A stretch of 64,000 bases of DNA from an uncultured Porphyromonadaceae bacterium (GTDB taxonomy: Bacteria; Bacteroidota; Bacteroidia; Bacteroidales; Muribaculaceae), in contig CANPGB010000006.1 in the NCBI GenBank assembly GCA_947573485.1, forward strand, positions 50,585-114,584, written 5' to 3'. Shown piece after piece: positions 62,350-64,000 of this stretch. Below the pieces are notes generated by a model that saw only the letters and a list, made by a program, of their open reading frames with translations, did not search any database and was not told the origin of the DNA. How positions within the stretch are numbered: the stretch's first letter is position 1; every line of letters begins with the position of its first letter. A program made the translations under genes and the position numbers.

Positions 62350-62898
62350 CTATTCAGCAGGATTAAATGTCTCGAAGCTGTTATCAGAGTACAGAACGAT
62401 AATCGACGTTATTCTGCGGTTTCCGGCCGACTCCCGGTTCCCGGCACGTAACGGGAGGCTACGGCAGAGTTCCTCGGCCGACAAGGCGGCGCCATTATCT
62501 TCTTCAGAGAGCCCGGAGGGCGATATTTTACTCTTTGGCGATTTAGGAGGGTTGCCGTAATAGAAAAAGGGTTCGTCGTTAGCAGTCTGAGTTTTAGGCG
62601 TTTCATTTACCTGACTGGCTGTTTCGGGTCTATTTTGAGCCTCTGAGGTTTCAAAATTTGCAGCCGATTGCATATCTCCCCGGCCAAACAGCAACCACAC
62701 GATGTCGAGCTCGGGAAAACTCTCATCGAGCTTTGCGAGTATCTGGTTGTTGATCGATTTATTTCGCCCGTGCAATAACTGCGACAGCGACGGCCGCGGA
62801 ATCATGGCTTTATCGGCAAATTGGGTCGTAGAGAGGCCGGTAGATGCAATAAATTGCTTAAGTCTCTGTATTATAGGGCTTTCTTCTATTTCTGCCAT
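62350..62898 (-). CDS. XRE-type helix-turn-helix protein with disordered middle and conserved C-terminal motif
   Basis: HTH LSTTQFADKAMIPRPSLSQLLHGRNKSINNQILAKL, a low-complexity Pro/Ser/Glu region and a C-terminal RRITSIIVLYSDNSFETF. Start set at MAEIEES (62898), 30 nt downstream of a -7 box. Confidence 0.7.
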   Translation of the reverse strand: MAEIEESPIIQRLKQFIASTGLSTTQFADKAMIPRPSLSQLLHGRNKSINNQILAKLDESFPELDIVWLLFGRGDMQSAANFETSEAQNRPETASQVNETPKTQTANDEPFFYYGNPPKSPKSKISPSGLSEEDNGAALSAEELCRSLPLRAGNRESAGNRRITSIIVLYSDNSFETFNPAE

Positions 62899-62927
62899 AG
62901 AGTATGCGTTTGTAAACTTTGCGTTTG

Positions 62928-62935
62928 CAAATGTA
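62928..62935 (-). promoter_or_regulatory. -7 promoter box (TACATTTG on minus strand) for the HTH gene
   Basis: Plus-strand CAAATGTA, 30 nt upstream of the ATG at 62898. Confidence 0.5.
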
Positions 62936-62941
62936 ATAACT

Positions 62942-62960
62942 ATTTTGCAAACTGCAAAAT
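62942..62960. promoter_or_regulatory. 8-3-8 perfect inverted repeat ATTTTGCA-aac-TGCAAAAT (candidate operator)
   Basis: Arms at 62942-62949 and 62953-62960, immediately upstream of the -7 box of the HTH gene. Confidence 0.45.
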
Positions 62961-63580
62961 TTAAATTCTGCAACATGGTTGCGTTTGTAAATTGTAATTG
63001 TAAACTATTGCTGTTTACACTCGTTAATCGAAATCTTTCCCTCCTGTACAGCAAATATTTACAGATTGAAGTTTAGAATTAAGTCAACCGACAGATTTAT
63101 CTGCAACTCACCATCTATCATAATTCTGCTTTAAATTGAAACACCTTTGTAATCCGAGCCGGATTAGGCTTGTGAAACACTTTAAATATTTATTATAAAT
63201 TGCTGAGTTTTATGCAGATATTACAACCGCTAAAAATTGTAAACATAAATATTGGGGCTTTGTTTGCGTTTTGAATCGGCGCATTTGGCCTCGACTCTGT
63301 GTTTGTGATTGGAATTTAAATGGGAATCGTAACTGTTTGTATTGGTAAACGATTGTCGTTGTACTCCATGCGGATTACATCAAAGTTTACAAAACCACTT
63401 GTTTACGATTGTAATTTTACGCTTCGGTGCCGCTTTTTTACAAATGCACCACCCTACTCTGCTCAGAATTTCAAAAATCACCTGTAATTATTCAGGAGTA
63501 TATAAAAACAACAACGTCATGGCGTCAAAAGTTGGTCATGGAGGCTCTATTATGCCTGATTTAGCGCTTGTTAACTTATG

Positions 63581-63621
63581 AAAATAAAAAAACGGTCCGC
63601 AGAGTGAACAGCTGCGGACCG
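63581..63621 (-). terminator. rho-independent terminator of the partial gene at the window end
   Basis: 10-bp perfect stem CGGTCCGCAG / CTGCGGACCG (63593-63602, 63612-63621), followed on the minus strand by TTTTTTTATTTT. Lies 25 nt after the stop at 63646. Confidence 0.75.
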
Positions 63622-63645
63622 ATGCAATTCGTGTATTTACTGTGC

Positions 63646-64000
63646 TCAGGGCGTGTACCGCACTCCCCTACACCGCTTGTAATAGTCTACAAAGGCTTTG
63701 TTGACCATCTTTATTCCTCCCGGCGTGGGATAGTCTCCCGAAAAATACCAATCGCCGGGGCAGCCGGGTATCGCCTGATGTAGCCCGTCGAGACTTTGGA
63801 AGAGCATAGCCACTTCTGCATTAATCTGCGGCGGTGTAAGCATTGTTGCCATGCGGGCGGCAATTTCTTCGTCACTAAATGGGGCGTAAAGCGTTTTCAC
63901 TACGTTCTCCTGCTCTGCCGCGGGGCGTGTGAGATTCTCCTCTGCTTTGCGGTAGGCTTCATCGATGAGCGAAGAGAGGCCCCGCTCGTCGAGCAATTCA
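63646..64000 (-). CDS. hypothetical protein, C-terminal part (5' end beyond window)
   Basis: The frame stays open through nt 63999 (codon 63997-63999 is GAA), so the TTG at 63996 in the ORF track is probably not the true start. Ends ...GCPGDWYFSGDYPTPGGIKMVNKAFVDYYKRCRGVRYTP. Family not recognised. Confidence 0.5.
   Translation of the reverse strand, partial: ELLDERGLSSLIDEAYRKAEENLTRPAAEQENVVKTLYAPFSDEEIAARMATMLTPPQINAEVAMLFQSLDGLHQAIPGCPGDWYFSGDYPTPGGIKMVNKAFVDYYKRCRGVRYTP

Larger units (their letters stand above)
62906..62991. repeat. three direct copies of GCGTTTG(T/C)AAA around the HTH-gene promoter
   Basis: Copies at 62906-62916, 62921-62931 and 62981-62991. The middle copy overlaps the -7 box. 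Confidence 0.6.

Noticed and set aside
63342-63783. Two small plus-strand ORFs (79 aa and 71 aa) in the AT-rich tract and across the 63581-63621 terminator.
   Set aside because: There is no promoter box. One runs through a strong minus-strand terminator and into the antisense of the partial gene. The composition is typical of random AT-rich sequence.
1-64000. CRISPR arrays, tRNA/rRNA/tmRNA/RNase P/SRP RNA genes, restriction-modification or toxin-antitoxin pairs.
   Set aside because: I found no regularly spaced direct repeats and no T-loop/acceptor-like or other conserved RNA signatures in the few intergenic regions long enough to hold them. I saw no methyltransferase, nuclease or small paired ORF arrangement. 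An Infernal or tRNAscan run would be needed for certainty.

Overview
This is a 64-kb chromosomal segment that looks like a high-GC Bacteroidales genome. Supporting signs: TAnnTTTG -7 promoter boxes 20-70 nt upstream of many start codons, a FeoA-FeoB fusion, an Mfa-type fimbrial locus (DUF3575/DUF5119/fimbrillin), a TonB-dependent receptor with an N-terminal CarboxypepD_reg domain, and many lipoprotein signal peptides. I call about 50 protein-coding genes. All calls come from reading motifs in the ORF translations; no database search was run.

Housekeeping genes dominate: fabG, parC, cls, rimO, ftsY, tamB, malQ, ispG, purE, rpoN, trpS, ligA, ruvC and feoAB. From about 11 kb to 52 kb nearly all genes lie on the minus strand in tightly packed, often overlapping operons.

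I found no rRNA, tRNA, CRISPR array, transposase or integrase.

Most interesting observations:
1. A four-gene cluster at 52.5-60.9 kb: TonB-dependent receptor, lamin-tail-like lipoprotein, second beta-barrel, and a 936-aa PqqL/FusC-sized M16 protease. It looks like an uncharacterised Bacteroidota protease-associated import system. Its receptor gene is frameshifted in this assembly.
2. A 1373-aa protein with an AlbA_2/Schlafen-like domain and no NTPase motif, whose gene is linked by overlapping stop/start codons to a GT2 gene, a DUF4286 gene, ruvC and ligA.
3. An aspT-asdA aspartate:alanine antiporter/decarboxylase energy module.
4. A feoAB upstream region with a 19-bp AT-rich palindrome and an orphan plus-strand terminator (sRNA candidate).
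5. Low-GC, ORF-poor tracts at 61.8-63.6 kb that surround an XRE-type HTH gene and carry repeated operator-like motifs.

The many long ORFs antisense to conserved genes are treated as GC-composition artefacts.
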